64,000 nucleotides of DNA from Aulosira sp. ZfuVER01. Lineage in GTDB: Bacteria; Cyanobacteriota; Cyanobacteriia; Cyanobacteriales; Nostocaceae. Positions 17,132 through 26,193 of this stretch are shown here, piece by piece (position 1 is the first letter of the stretch; every line of letters starts with the position of its first letter). The position numbers and the translations under genes were made by a program. The notes beneath the pieces are model-generated. The model saw nothing but the letters and a program-made list of their open reading frames with translations, had not been told where the DNA came from and ran no database searches. Location: NCBI GenBank assembly GCA_034530615.2, contig JAVRCV020000041.1, positions 160,001 to 224,000 on the forward strand, in the 5' to 3' direction.

Positions 17132-18238
17132 TTACACCTCCCTCATTCCTAAACCCAGTACTGTCGCTAAACCAGAGCGTTGTACTACAGGGTATTTATC
17201 TTCGCTAACTTCTAAGGACAAAGATGCTATGGGATCAATTTGGGCAGTGGGCAAGCTCAATCGTTGCGTGAAGAACTCATCTAGCTGTTGCAGTCCACCT
17301 CCTGGACCAGCTAGGAAAATTTGCGCTACCTCCAAGTTTTCACTCTGATTGAGATAAAAATCGATGGAACGACGCAGTTCATCAGTGAGTTCTCCCAATA
17401 CCCTTAATAGGGCTGCCATACCCGGATTAATTTCGGTAATCCCAGTTTTCCCCCCGTCTACAGGAGTGGTCATAATCGTCATTCCCTGCAACAATTCCAT
17501 ATCCCGTGATGCCGGTAAACTCATGGCTTTCGACAGGGCTTGTTGCATTTGATAAGTGCCTATTGGCACGGTGCGCGAAAATTGTGGTATTCCGTTAACA
17601 ATGATGGCAATTTCTGAACTGTCAAACTCTATATCCACAAGTACTGCTGCTTCTTGTGGCCCGAATTGTCGCAGTTGATCGCGAATTGTCCGAATCAGCG
17701 CAAAACTGTTAATCTCTAAAACATCGATTTGCAATCCTGCTTGCTCAAATGTACTGATATATGCGTCTGTCACCTCCTTACGTGTAGCCACTAAGAGTAC
17801 TTGTACTTTTTCAATGCCATCCTCATCTACAAAGTACCCAAGTTTTTGATAATCTACATCAGCTTCTTCACGAGGATAGGGTAAATACAAAGCTGCTTCA
17901 TGGTTTAGTACCATCTCCCGCAGTTCTTTATCATCTAACTCTGCTGGTACAGGTATTAAACGTACAATTGAATCTCGTCCTGGTACAGCAGTAGCAACCC
18001 GAGAAGCTTTAATTTTACTCTCAGCTAGCGCCTGCTGAATTAATTGCGCCATTGCTGGAGGGTCGGTGATTTGACCATCGGTAACTAGTCCTTCGGGAAC
18101 TGCTACTGATGTTAAGGCTTCTATTTTAAAGCCTTGACGCTGTTTGCGTAGTTGAACTATACTCACCCGTTCTGGCGCTAGTTCAATACCGACTCCTTTA
18201 TTAGATTTGCCAAACAGACTATTGAAGCTTTTCACCAC
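17132..18238 (-). CDS. pilM: Type IV pilus assembly protein PilM
   Basis: Actin-like fold motifs GIEL, LTDELRRSIDFY, LAGPGG and GLGMR. Confidence 0.93.
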   Translation of the reverse strand: MVKSFNSLFGKSNKGVGIELAPERVSIVQLRKQRQGFKIEALTSVAVPEGLVTDGQITDPPAMAQLIQQALAESKIKASRVATAVPGRDSIVRLIPVPAELDDKELREMVLNHEAALYLPYPREEADVDYQKLGYFVDEDGIEKVQVLLVATRKEVTDAYISTFEQAGLQIDVLEINSFALIRTIRDQLRQFGPQEAAVLVDIEFDSSEIAIIVNGIPQFSRTVPIGTYQMQQALSKAMSLPASRDMELLQGMTIMTTPVDGGKTGITEINPGMAALLRVLGELTDELRRSIDFYLNQSENLEVAQIFLAGPGGGLQQLDEFFTQRLSLPTAQIDPIASLSLEVSEDKYPVVQRSGLATVLGLGMREV

Positions 18239-18379
18239 TTTTTTGCCCGTCGCACTGCTAAATTGAAAAGTTAAATGATACTAAAAAACGATCTTGGTAC
18301 TAGGTAATGGATTTAGCCTATAATCTCGACAATTCTGCATAAGCTTTTGAATGTAAGCAAGCGTAAATATACTAGTAAA

Positions 18380-19681
18380 ATGTTTAAAATTCACAAATTC
18401 AAACGATTGTCTGTATTTGTACTGCTCGGCTTATTAACCAGCTGGATTGTGAGTTGCAGCACAAGTAATGTTGGCACAGTCACAAAACAGAATCCTTCAG
18501 AAACAGCAAAGATTGAGTTTTGGACTATGCAACTCCAACCTCAATTTACTGGCTACTTCCAAAACCTAATTGCAACTTTTGAGTCGCAAAACAAAGGTAT
18601 AAAGATTAACTGGGTTGATATACCTTGGGCTGCGATGGAGAACAAAATCTTAACAGCTGTCTCAGCAAAAACGCCACCTGATGTTGTAAACCTCAATCCG
18701 GATTTCGCTTCTCAACTTGCAGGACGAAATGCCTGGCTAGATTTAGATACGAAAGTTCCTAATGAAGTACGTTCCTCCTATCTGCCCAATATTTGGAAAG
18801 CTAGCACACTCAATGGCAAGAGTTTTGGCATTCCCTGGTACCTGACCACACGGCTAACCATTTATAACACTGATTTATTAAAACAGGCAGGTATCAACAA
18901 ATCACCGAGTACCTACGTAGAATTAGCACAAGCGGCACAACAAATTAAAGATAAAACTGGTAAATACGCCTTTTTTGTAACTTTTGTACCGCAAGATTCC
19001 GGTGAGGTTTTGGAATCTTTTGTGCAAATGGGAGTCACCTTAGTAGATACCGAGGGGAAAGCGGCTTTTAACTCCCCACAAGGCAAAGCAGCTTTTCAGT
19101 ATTGGGTAGATTTGTACAAAAAAGGATTGCTACCTAAAGAAGTATTAACCCAAGGTCATCGTCATGCTATCGATTTGTACCAAGCCGGAGAAACAGCATT
19201 TCTCGCTTCTGGCCCGGAATTCCTGAAAACGATCGCCAATAATGCTCCGAAAATTGCTCAAGCGTCTGCGATCGCACCGCAAATTACAGGTGAAACAGGC
19301 AAGAAAAACGTTGCTGTCATGAACGTAGTTATCCCCAAAGATAGCAAAAATCCAGATGCGGCGGTTAAATTTGCTTTATTTCTCACTAATGATGAAAATC
19401 AATTAGCTTTTGCCAAAGCTGCTAATGTTTTGCCCTCTACAGTAAAAGCATTATCTGATAGCTACTTTAAAGATGTTCCTGCTACTGCTACCACAGTGGA
19501 AAAAGCGCGAGTTATTAGTGCCCAACAACTACAACAAGCAGAAGTATTAACACCCACTTTGAAAGATTTCAACAAATTGCAAAAGGCAGTTTATGAGAAC
19601 TTGCAAGCGGCAATGTTAGGGCAAAAGACGGTAGATAAAGCCGTAGAAGATGCAGCGCAACAGTGGAATAATCGTACATAG
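18380..19681 (+). CDS. ABC transporter sugar-type substrate-binding lipoprotein
   Basis: Lipobox IVSC and SBP_bac_1-like motifs (IEFWT, PPDVV, GIPWY, YNTDLL). ATG 18380 is preferred. Confidence 0.88.
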   Translation: MFKIHKFKRLSVFVLLGLLTSWIVSCSTSNVGTVTKQNPSETAKIEFWTMQLQPQFTGYFQNLIATFESQNKGIKINWVDIPWAAMENKILTAVSAKTPPDVVNLNPDFASQLAGRNAWLDLDTKVPNEVRSSYLPNIWKASTLNGKSFGIPWYLTTRLTIYNTDLLKQAGINKSPSTYVELAQAAQQIKDKTGKYAFFVTFVPQDSGEVLESFVQMGVTLVDTEGKAAFNSPQGKAAFQYWVDLYKKGLLPKEVLTQGHRHAIDLYQAGETAFLASGPEFLKTIANNAPKIAQASAIAPQITGETGKKNVAVMNVVIPKDSKNPDAAVKFALFLTNDENQLAFAKAANVLPSTVKALSDSYFKDVPATATTVEKARVISAQQLQQAEVLTPTLKDFNKLQKAVYENLQAAMLGQKTVDKAVEDAAQQWNNRT

Positions 19682-19695
19682 TAGAAATTTTAGTT

Positions 19696-19725
19696 TAGGG
19701 TGCGATCGCAAAGTAACGCACCCTA
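19696..19725. terminator. Hairpin between convergent genes
   Basis: TAGGGTGCG / CGCACCCTA inverted repeat that includes a HIP1 site. Confidence 0.6.
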
Positions 19726-19737
19726 CAAGAATTTAGA

Positions 19738-20808
19738 CTATCCTATTGGGATTTGAATGACAAATTCTGCTCCCGCTCCTGGTTCTGAATAGCAATCCAA
19801 TTTACCACCATGTAGTTCATTAATAATTTGATAACTGATTGATAAACCTAACCCTGTACCTTTACCAACTGTTTTGGTTGTAAAGAAAGGATCGAATAGT
19901 TTCGTTCGCACTTGCTCATTCATTCCCAAACCATTATCAGCAATCCGAATTTCTATCCAATTATTATTAATAATGCTAGTGTTAATTTGAATTTGCGGTT
20001 GCTTAGTTATTGGTTGTTCTGTATCAGTTTTTATTTCACTCAAGAATAAATCTGCTAAAGCATCAATTGCATTATCAATAATATTCATAAAAACCTGATT
20101 GATGTGCCCAGCGTAACACTTGATTAATGGTAATTTGCCATAATTTTTAATAACTCTAATTTCCTGAAAATTCTTTGCTGCTAGTTTAAAACGATTGTTT
20201 AAAATTACTAAGGTACTGTCGATGCCTTCATGAATATCAACTGCTTTAAATTCTGCTTCATCTAAACGAGAAAAAGTACGGAGTGACTTGACAATTTCAC
20301 TAATTCTCTCTGCACCTACAGTCATAGAACGGAATACTTTTTCTGAGTCTTGTTTGAGAAAATTTAGTTCAATTGCTTCTATTTCTTGTTTAATTGCTAA
20401 TGCTGGTTCAGGGTAATACTCTTGATATAGCTCAATTAGTCTCAATAAATCTTGAAAATATGTTTGGGCATAATTTAAATTACCGTAGATAAAGTTGACT
20501 GGGTTGTTAATTTCGTGAGCAATTCCTGCTACCATAACGCCAAGAGCAGACATCTTCTCAGATTCCACAAGTTTCATTTGTAAAGTTTTGAGATTTTTGA
20601 GTGCTTTTTCTAGCTCATCACCTCGATTTCTTAAAGCTATTTGCGACTCTTCTAACTCGCAAATTACATTTTTTAAGACTATTTCTCTACGTTCGCTGAC
20701 TTGCTCAAGTTGTTGTCGATCGGCTTCTGAACGCTCTAGTTTCTTTGTCAGAATCCGAACTGTCTTTTCTAACTGTTTGAGTCTGCTGTCATTATCTGTT
20801 GGTTCCAT
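19738..20808 (-). CDS. Histidine kinase lacking its own sensor domain (N-terminal coiled coil)
   Basis: Coiled coil followed by MVAGIAHEINNP, DNGLG, DPFFTTK and GTGLGL. It starts 6 nt after the FIST gene ends. Confidence 0.92.
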   Translation of the reverse strand: MEPTDNDSRLKQLEKTVRILTKKLERSEADRQQLEQVSERREIVLKNVICELEESQIALRNRGDELEKALKNLKTLQMKLVESEKMSALGVMVAGIAHEINNPVNFIYGNLNYAQTYFQDLLRLIELYQEYYPEPALAIKQEIEAIELNFLKQDSEKVFRSMTVGAERISEIVKSLRTFSRLDEAEFKAVDIHEGIDSTLVILNNRFKLAAKNFQEIRVIKNYGKLPLIKCYAGHINQVFMNIIDNAIDALADLFLSEIKTDTEQPITKQPQIQINTSIINNNWIEIRIADNGLGMNEQVRTKLFDPFFTTKTVGKGTGLGLSISYQIINELHGGKLDCYSEPGAGAEFVIQIPIG

Positions 20809-20814
20809 AAGCCT

Positions 20815-21981
20815 CTACTTTGTTCCTAAAAGCAGAGTTACAAAAGTTTCTTGGTGGTAATAAGAAGAACCTTGAGGTTCTAAGGGAGCAAATTCACCAT
20901 AAGTATAAAATCCACAAATAGGGATTTCAGAAGAGAGTGCATTATGAACGAGCTGATATTCTTCTTTTGCTCTTGTGCCTAAAAGCCAACGACGGCAGCA
21001 ACAAGAAAATAACAAAACGGCTTCTGGTTCGGTTCCGGGATAATTTGCTAGAGCCTTATGCAAGGAAGTTTCAGCCGCAGCAATCACTTCATCCCTGCTA
21101 ATATCTGTGACTTGAACTATAGCTTGCACCGGAATATTACCGAGAAAATTGATACTACCAGTTTCAATGTCGTAAGTGTTAGGCACCCGCATATAGTAGC
21201 GATCGCTATCTCCTTCGTATACTGCTAATGGATGCTCCGCAGTTGGTGGGCGATCGCCTAAATACCGTTGATAATATTCCAATGCCGATTTGCCATCAAT
21301 CTCGTGAAGGACGGTTCCCTGAGCCTTGGTGACAATGCTTTTGTGTCCAATGGGTTGCCAACCACAGGCGATTCCATAGGAAAATTGGATATCTCCAGAA
21401 AGTATCAGAACTGGTAGAGAATCAGTTAGCACTTCATTGCGGAAAAATTGGTAGGTTTTTTGAAACCTAAACTGATCTCCCGCAGTACCACCTAAAATTG
21501 GCATCTGGGAACCCAAAGCTAGTTTTAGTCCGTGGAGAATTAACTCTCCATTAGTCGTTGAACCATCTTCTATATAGCTGGCTGGAACAGTAATACATAA
21601 TTTCGCACTATTATTACTTTTCGCTGTCGCTTGTTGCACAGCTTGGTGAGCAGCCGCAAAGGGGTTTTCTTTTACTCCATATCCTACACCAGCATGAATT
21701 TCTACAGTATCAGAGCTAAAGAGCATTAGCGTCAAAGAATCTTGTTGGAACCCTAAAACTGAAGAGGCTTCACCATCTGTGGTGCAACCAATCAAATCAA
21801 TTTCGGGAAACACCCGGTTAATTTCTTTGAGGATTAACTGATGCTCAAAATCAATACCAGCAAATAAAATACCTGCCTGGGGTATAACCTCTGCTAAATC
21901 GTGAACACACTGTTCTAAAATTTCTGCAATTGCACTTTGAGAATCTGGGTCTTCGCTATGACCAACAACAACTTTTAACAT
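20815..21981 (-). CDS. Stand-alone FIST-N/FIST-C (NosP-like) sensor protein
   Basis: Motifs IGCTTDGE, GGTAGD, GWQPIG, FSCCCRR, GFYTYGEFAP and HQET. Confidence 0.9.
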   Translation of the reverse strand: MLKVVVGHSEDPDSQSAIAEILEQCVHDLAEVIPQAGILFAGIDFEHQLILKEINRVFPEIDLIGCTTDGEASSVLGFQQDSLTLMLFSSDTVEIHAGVGYGVKENPFAAAHQAVQQATAKSNNSAKLCITVPASYIEDGSTTNGELILHGLKLALGSQMPILGGTAGDQFRFQKTYQFFRNEVLTDSLPVLILSGDIQFSYGIACGWQPIGHKSIVTKAQGTVLHEIDGKSALEYYQRYLGDRPPTAEHPLAVYEGDSDRYYMRVPNTYDIETGSINFLGNIPVQAIVQVTDISRDEVIAAAETSLHKALANYPGTEPEAVLLFSCCCRRWLLGTRAKEEYQLVHNALSSEIPICGFYTYGEFAPLEPQGSSYYHQETFVTLLLGTK

Positions 21982-22311
21982 TAATTGTCTCCTATTAACG
22001 AGAGCGTGCTACTGGAGCATAAATTTCTCAGTTAATTTTGCCCATAAGTTTAGTTGTGATCTCAGCTACAAATTAAATTTACATAATAAATTTAATTATT
22101 TAGTATTAGCTTTAAAACTAAGCGAAACCATAACCATAAGCGACTTGGAACTCTTTTATAGTAGACTTTTTGCCTCGTTCCACCGAGCCTTAGCTGTACT
22201 TAGAATTGGTAATTTATTCAGGAAGTGTGTTAAAATTAAGTTAAATAAAGTTGAAAAAATTTTAAAAATTTATCTCTAGCAATAGATGCATAACCTAAAA
22301 GCTGTATTGCA

Positions 22312-23565
22312 TCAATCATATGATTGCAAAAAATGTCCTATTAAATATAAAGAACCGCACAAAACAACTAAATTCTCAGTAGAAGTAAAAGCAGCTTCTA
22401 GGGCTGAAGATAAATCTGGATAAGATTGGCAAAAATCTAAGCTTGGGCAAACATTAACAGCTAACTTCGCTAATTCATCAGGAACGGCTGAAGAAGTATC
22501 TGGTATTGGTACGAGAAATAATCTATCTCCTTGGCGTAACAAGGCTTGGAAAATATCAGCATGGTCTTTATTTGCCATCATTCCCATAACCCAAGTTACT
22601 GTGGGAGCCTTCAATGTATCCACATAATCGCGTAATACTTCAGCGCCCGCAGGGTTATGGGCACCATCGAGTAATAATTTATGTTTTTTCCAAGTAACCC
22701 ATTGGATACGCCCAGGCCATTTGGTTTTTGCCATGCCATTAATTATCGCTGTTTGAGAAATTTGCCATTTTTGCTTTTGGAGAATTTCTATAGCAGCTAA
22801 AGCTAAGGCAGAATTAGTTAATTGAATTTGTCCCTGTAAAGGTAGAGGATATTGAATTAATTTAGAATTTTCCAGAGTTTGATACTCAGCCCATCCTGAA
22901 GATATTGGACGCGCAGGCTGAGGCGTAAACATTGGGCATTGTAATTCTTGAATTCGCGATCGCACAACTTCTTGGGCATCTTTGGGTAATGGCCCCACAA
23001 CCGCAGGACAACCATTTTTGAGAATCCCGGCTTTTTCTCTAGCAATATCCGCAACAGTAGGGCCTAATTGCTGCCAGTGTTCGCGGCTGATAGAGGTAAT
23101 TATCGTCACCAAAGGTTGTTCACAAACATTAGTCGCATCCAAGCGCCCTCCCAATCCAACTTCTACCACCGCCACATCGACTTGCTGCTCGGCAAAATAT
23201 AACCAAGCAGCGGCTGTAATTACTTCAAACTGAGTTGGCGATTCATCATCAGGAGCGTTCGCATCTTGAACTTTTTGTAATAATTGGTACAATTTCTCGG
23301 CAGAAATTGGCTGTTCATTAATACAAATACGTTCTGTCCAATCAACTAAATGAGGCGAGATATAACGTCCTGTACGATAGCCAGCTTCAGTCAGAATCGA
23401 GGAAAGATAGGCGCATACAGAACCTTTGCCATTAGTACCCGCAACATGAATTATCGGAACTTGGTGATGAGGATTCCCAAGATTTGCCAATAGTTTGACA
23501 ATACGTGAGAGTCCCAGATTGATGCCAAAGGGTTGAAAGGATTTTAGTAGAGTGTCAATATCCAC
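22312..23565 (-). CDS. folC: Folylpolyglutamate synthase/dihydrofolate synthase
   Basis: HVAGTNGKGS, EVGLGGRLDATN, WPGR, LDGAHNP and GSLYLIG. Confidence 0.96.
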   Translation of the reverse strand: MDIDTLLKSFQPFGINLGLSRIVKLLANLGNPHHQVPIIHVAGTNGKGSVCAYLSSILTEAGYRTGRYISPHLVDWTERICINEQPISAEKLYQLLQKVQDANAPDDESPTQFEVITAAAWLYFAEQQVDVAVVEVGLGGRLDATNVCEQPLVTIITSISREHWQQLGPTVADIAREKAGILKNGCPAVVGPLPKDAQEVVRSRIQELQCPMFTPQPARPISSGWAEYQTLENSKLIQYPLPLQGQIQLTNSALALAAIEILQKQKWQISQTAIINGMAKTKWPGRIQWVTWKKHKLLLDGAHNPAGAEVLRDYVDTLKAPTVTWVMGMMANKDHADIFQALLRQGDRLFLVPIPDTSSAVPDELAKLAVNVCPSLDFCQSYPDLSSALEAAFTSTENLVVLCGSLYLIGHFLQSYD

Positions 23566-23569
23566 GATT

Positions 23570-23745
23570 GGGGGATGAGGGGGATGAGGGGGATGAGGGG
23601 GAGAAGAGGGACAAGGAGGATGGGGGAGTGTGGGGAGAGAGGGTAGAAACGAACCACACTTTCTTGATTAGCTCCCCCCCCGTCTTCCCCATCCTCCCAC
23701 ACTTCCCACACTCCTTGTTTGCCCCATGCCCAATGCCCCATTCCC
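23570..23745. repeat. STRR-type arrays (GGGGATGAG)n, (CCCACACT)n, (GCCCCAT/GCCCAAT)n
   Basis: Tandem purine-rich and pyrimidine-rich arrays in the intergenic region. Confidence 0.85.
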
Positions 23746-23758
23746 TAAATACCAATAA

Positions 23759-23791
23759 ACCGACTGTTCCTGTAAAAAGAAACAGTCGGTT
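23759..23791 (-). terminator. Stem-loop downstream of psbY
   Basis: AACCGACTGTT / AACAGTCGGTT inverted repeat followed by TTTATT on the minus strand. Confidence 0.65.
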
Positions 23792-23816
23792 AAAGTATGT
23801 TAATTTTTATTCGAGT

Positions 23817-23942
23817 TTAGGCTTCTCTGTTTAAAAAGTTTTGAACTTGTTGTAATGCAGCAGCACCAATGTTAAATAAAGCCCAACCAGCAGCAATGGC
23901 GACGGGTGCTAAAACGAGTGCTACGCGGAAATCAATGTCCAT
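23817..23942 (-). CDS. psbY: Photosystem II protein PsbY (41 aa, absent from the ORF track)
   Basis: Manual translation gives [41 protein letters not shown], with the D-x-R and W-A-x-FNI PsbY signatures. Confidence 0.92.
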   Translation of the reverse strand: MDIDFRVALVLAPVAIAAGWALFNIGAAALQQVQNFLNREA

Positions 23943-24145
23943 ATTCAGAACCCTCTGTTAAATAAATTAAAGTTTTGTCAACTGCTCTCATTTTTATTGT
24001 TAGCTGAAGTGGGCAATTTTGCCAGCCCTATATGTAAAGAATGTTTACAATTTTGTCATTGGTCATGGGTCAAGAGTCAAAAGGCTATAGTAGTTTCTTC
24101 CTTGTCCTCCCTGTCCTCCCTGTCCCCCTTTTACCCTCTTCTCCC

Positions 24146-24676
24146 TCACTGGGGCTTGGGAAATCCAATATCATTTCCCTTACCAGCATGAACCAAAGCT
24201 AACTTTTGATAACGTTCAGCGTGTTCGAGCAGTTCTGCGGCTTCGGTATCTGTGATTTGGCGTAGCACTTTGCCAGGAACGCCCACGACCAAGGAAAATG
24301 GTGGTATATCCTTAGTTACTACAGCACCAGCACCAATTATGCTACTAGCACCTACCCTGACCCCATCTAAAATTATTGCGCCAATACCAATCAAACTACC
24401 TCGTTCAATATAGGCAGAATGTATCACAGCGCGATGTCCTACGGTGACACGATCTTCTAAGATGGTAGGAAAACCAGGGTCGCAGTGTAGGATAGCGCCA
24501 TCTTGTATATTCGTGCATTCACCAATATCAATGCGTTCTACATCTCCTCTGACTACTGCTCCATACCAAATACTTACCCCTGCCTTGATGTTTACCGAAC
24601 CGATAACGATCGCATTGGCTGCAATAAAGGCAGCAACAGAAAAATCAGGAGATGGCCAGTAAGAAGCTGTAGACAC
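24146..24676 (-). CDS. Gamma carbonic anhydrase-like hexapeptide-repeat protein (YrdA/PaaY family)
   Basis: IWYGAVVRGD, TNIQDGAILH and VGHRAVIH. GTG 24676 (STASYWP) is the probable start. Confidence 0.88.
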   Translation of the reverse strand: MSTASYWPSPDFSVAAFIAANAIVIGSVNIKAGVSIWYGAVVRGDVERIDIGECTNIQDGAILHCDPGFPTILEDRVTVGHRAVIHSAYIERGSLIGIGAIILDGVRVGASSIIGAGAVVTKDIPPFSLVVGVPGKVLRQITDTEAAELLEHAERYQKLALVHAGKGNDIGFPKPQ

Positions 24677-24915
24677 GATAGAATATGAATATGGTACCCA
24701 GGAACACTGGAGAAACTCCAACATTTCAGGCTGGTTGCAAAACCAGAATATCACAGGGTCAAGCTTCTATGCTGAGGAAGACCATAGTGAATAATGTTCC
24801 GTCAGCCAGTCACTGACTGTGTAGCCGTGAACAGATAAACCAAAGTGGTGGAGCCGAAGTGTAAAATCCAAACCACTGGTGCTGGTGAAGACAAAACTAT
24901 GTTTCTACGCACTTC

Positions 24916-25431
24916 ATGATGAATCCAGGCTTGCAGTACCCAATATTTGGTCCCGAAATTCAGTGTCCCCACTGTCGCCAAACCATTCCGGCGCTGACAC
25001 TCACAGATACCTATTTGTGTCCGCGTCATGGGGCGTTTGAGGCTAATCCGAAAACTGGTGAATTAATTCATTTACAGTCGGGGCGGCATTGGCGAAAGTG
25101 GAATAGTGAATGGTACAGACAACATACCCATCCTGATGGTATTAGGTTTGAAATTCACGAAGCCCTAGATAAGCTATATACCCAAGGTTATCGAGCAACG
25201 CGGGTGATTATTGCTCGTCGATATCAAGAATTGATGAGTGGCTATTTAGAACGCAGCACTCCTTGGCGTTCTGGACAACAGCCGGAAAATACATCAGCGC
25301 GACTGTACGGTTTACCTGTGGAGTTTAGCCCCGATCCCACAGATGAGCCCTGTTGGGAAGTGATTAATTTTGATTTGGAAAAAGAGCCTGGTGTCCCCGT
25401 GCGCTATCCTTATTTCCGATTATTTGAGTAG
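24916..25431 (+). CDS. TIGR02652-family conserved cyanobacterial protein
   Basis: YPIFGPEIQCPHCRQ..YLCPRHG..WYRQHTHPDGIRFEIHEALD. Confidence 0.8.
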   Translation: MMNPGLQYPIFGPEIQCPHCRQTIPALTLTDTYLCPRHGAFEANPKTGELIHLQSGRHWRKWNSEWYRQHTHPDGIRFEIHEALDKLYTQGYRATRVIIARRYQELMSGYLERSTPWRSGQQPENTSARLYGLPVEFSPDPTDEPCWEVINFDLEKEPGVPVRYPYFRLFE

Positions 25432-25446
25432 TAAGTCAGTGCTGAG

Positions 25447-25491
25447 GAGCCAGTTGCGTGGGCGGATCTCCCGACTTGAGCAAACTGGCGT
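25447..25491 (+). repeat. 45-bp small dispersed repeat (GAGCCA...TGGCGT) inserted in a TGCTGAG STRR
   Basis: Same family as 31861-31905, 37175-37219 and 54976-55020. Confidence 0.8.
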
Positions 25492-25635
25492 TGCTGAGTT
25501 TTGATTAATAATACCTAGTGGTTGCTCTTATTTAAAAAGTGTCCAGAAACCTTTAAAAAAGAGTATTTCTGAGGTGGTGAAACAAAATTTTTCACTGACA
25601 ACTCAAAACTCAAAACTCGTGACTCAGCACTGCTT

Positions 25636-26061
25636 ATGCACCACGCTTCGATTCGGACTGCGAATATTCATCAGGCGATCGCCTTCTATGAACAATTGGG
25701 GTTTACAGTTTGTGAACGCTTCACTACAGGCTACACCCTAGCTTGTTGGATGGAAGGATTGGGTGGCAGAATTGAACTCATCCAAATTCCTGAACCGAAA
25801 CCAGCCCCAGATGCTTTTGCAGACGAACATTATGTGGGCTACTATCATCTGTCATTCGATTTAACGGCAATAACTCCAGATTTACCCAGTTGGTTAAATA
25901 TTTTACAACAACGATTGGTAACAGCAGACCTACAACCGCTGAAAGTACTTTTACAACCTACACAGCAGCAAATAGGCGATCGCATTTTTGAAGTTGCTTT
26001 TATCGCAGATACTGATGGCTTACCCCTGGAATTCATTCGGATTTTAGCAAAACTCAACTAA
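25636..26061 (+). CDS. VOC/glyoxalase family protein
   Basis: MHHASIR..AIAFYEQLG..IELIQ..GYYHLSF..DTDGLPLE. Confidence 0.88.
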   Translation: MHHASIRTANIHQAIAFYEQLGFTVCERFTTGYTLACWMEGLGGRIELIQIPEPKPAPDAFADEHYVGYYHLSFDLTAITPDLPSWLNILQQRLVTADLQPLKVLLQPTQQQIGDRIFEVAFIADTDGLPLEFIRILAKLN

Positions 26062-26193
26062 TTTTGATTATTTCTCCTGGTAGAATAGCTGATCTCGGTA
26101 GTTTTGCTTAGGTGACAAAGGGATCGCAAAGATTAGACTATAGTCATCAAGACAAATAAATGTAACTTAGTTTACAGAGTATCTGCAAAATCC

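Noticed and set aside
18380..19681. Substrate-binding lipoprotein as the missing GlnH
   Set aside because: It has sugar-type SBP motifs rather than the amino-acid SBP_bac_3 type, and is separated from the operon by pilMNOQ.
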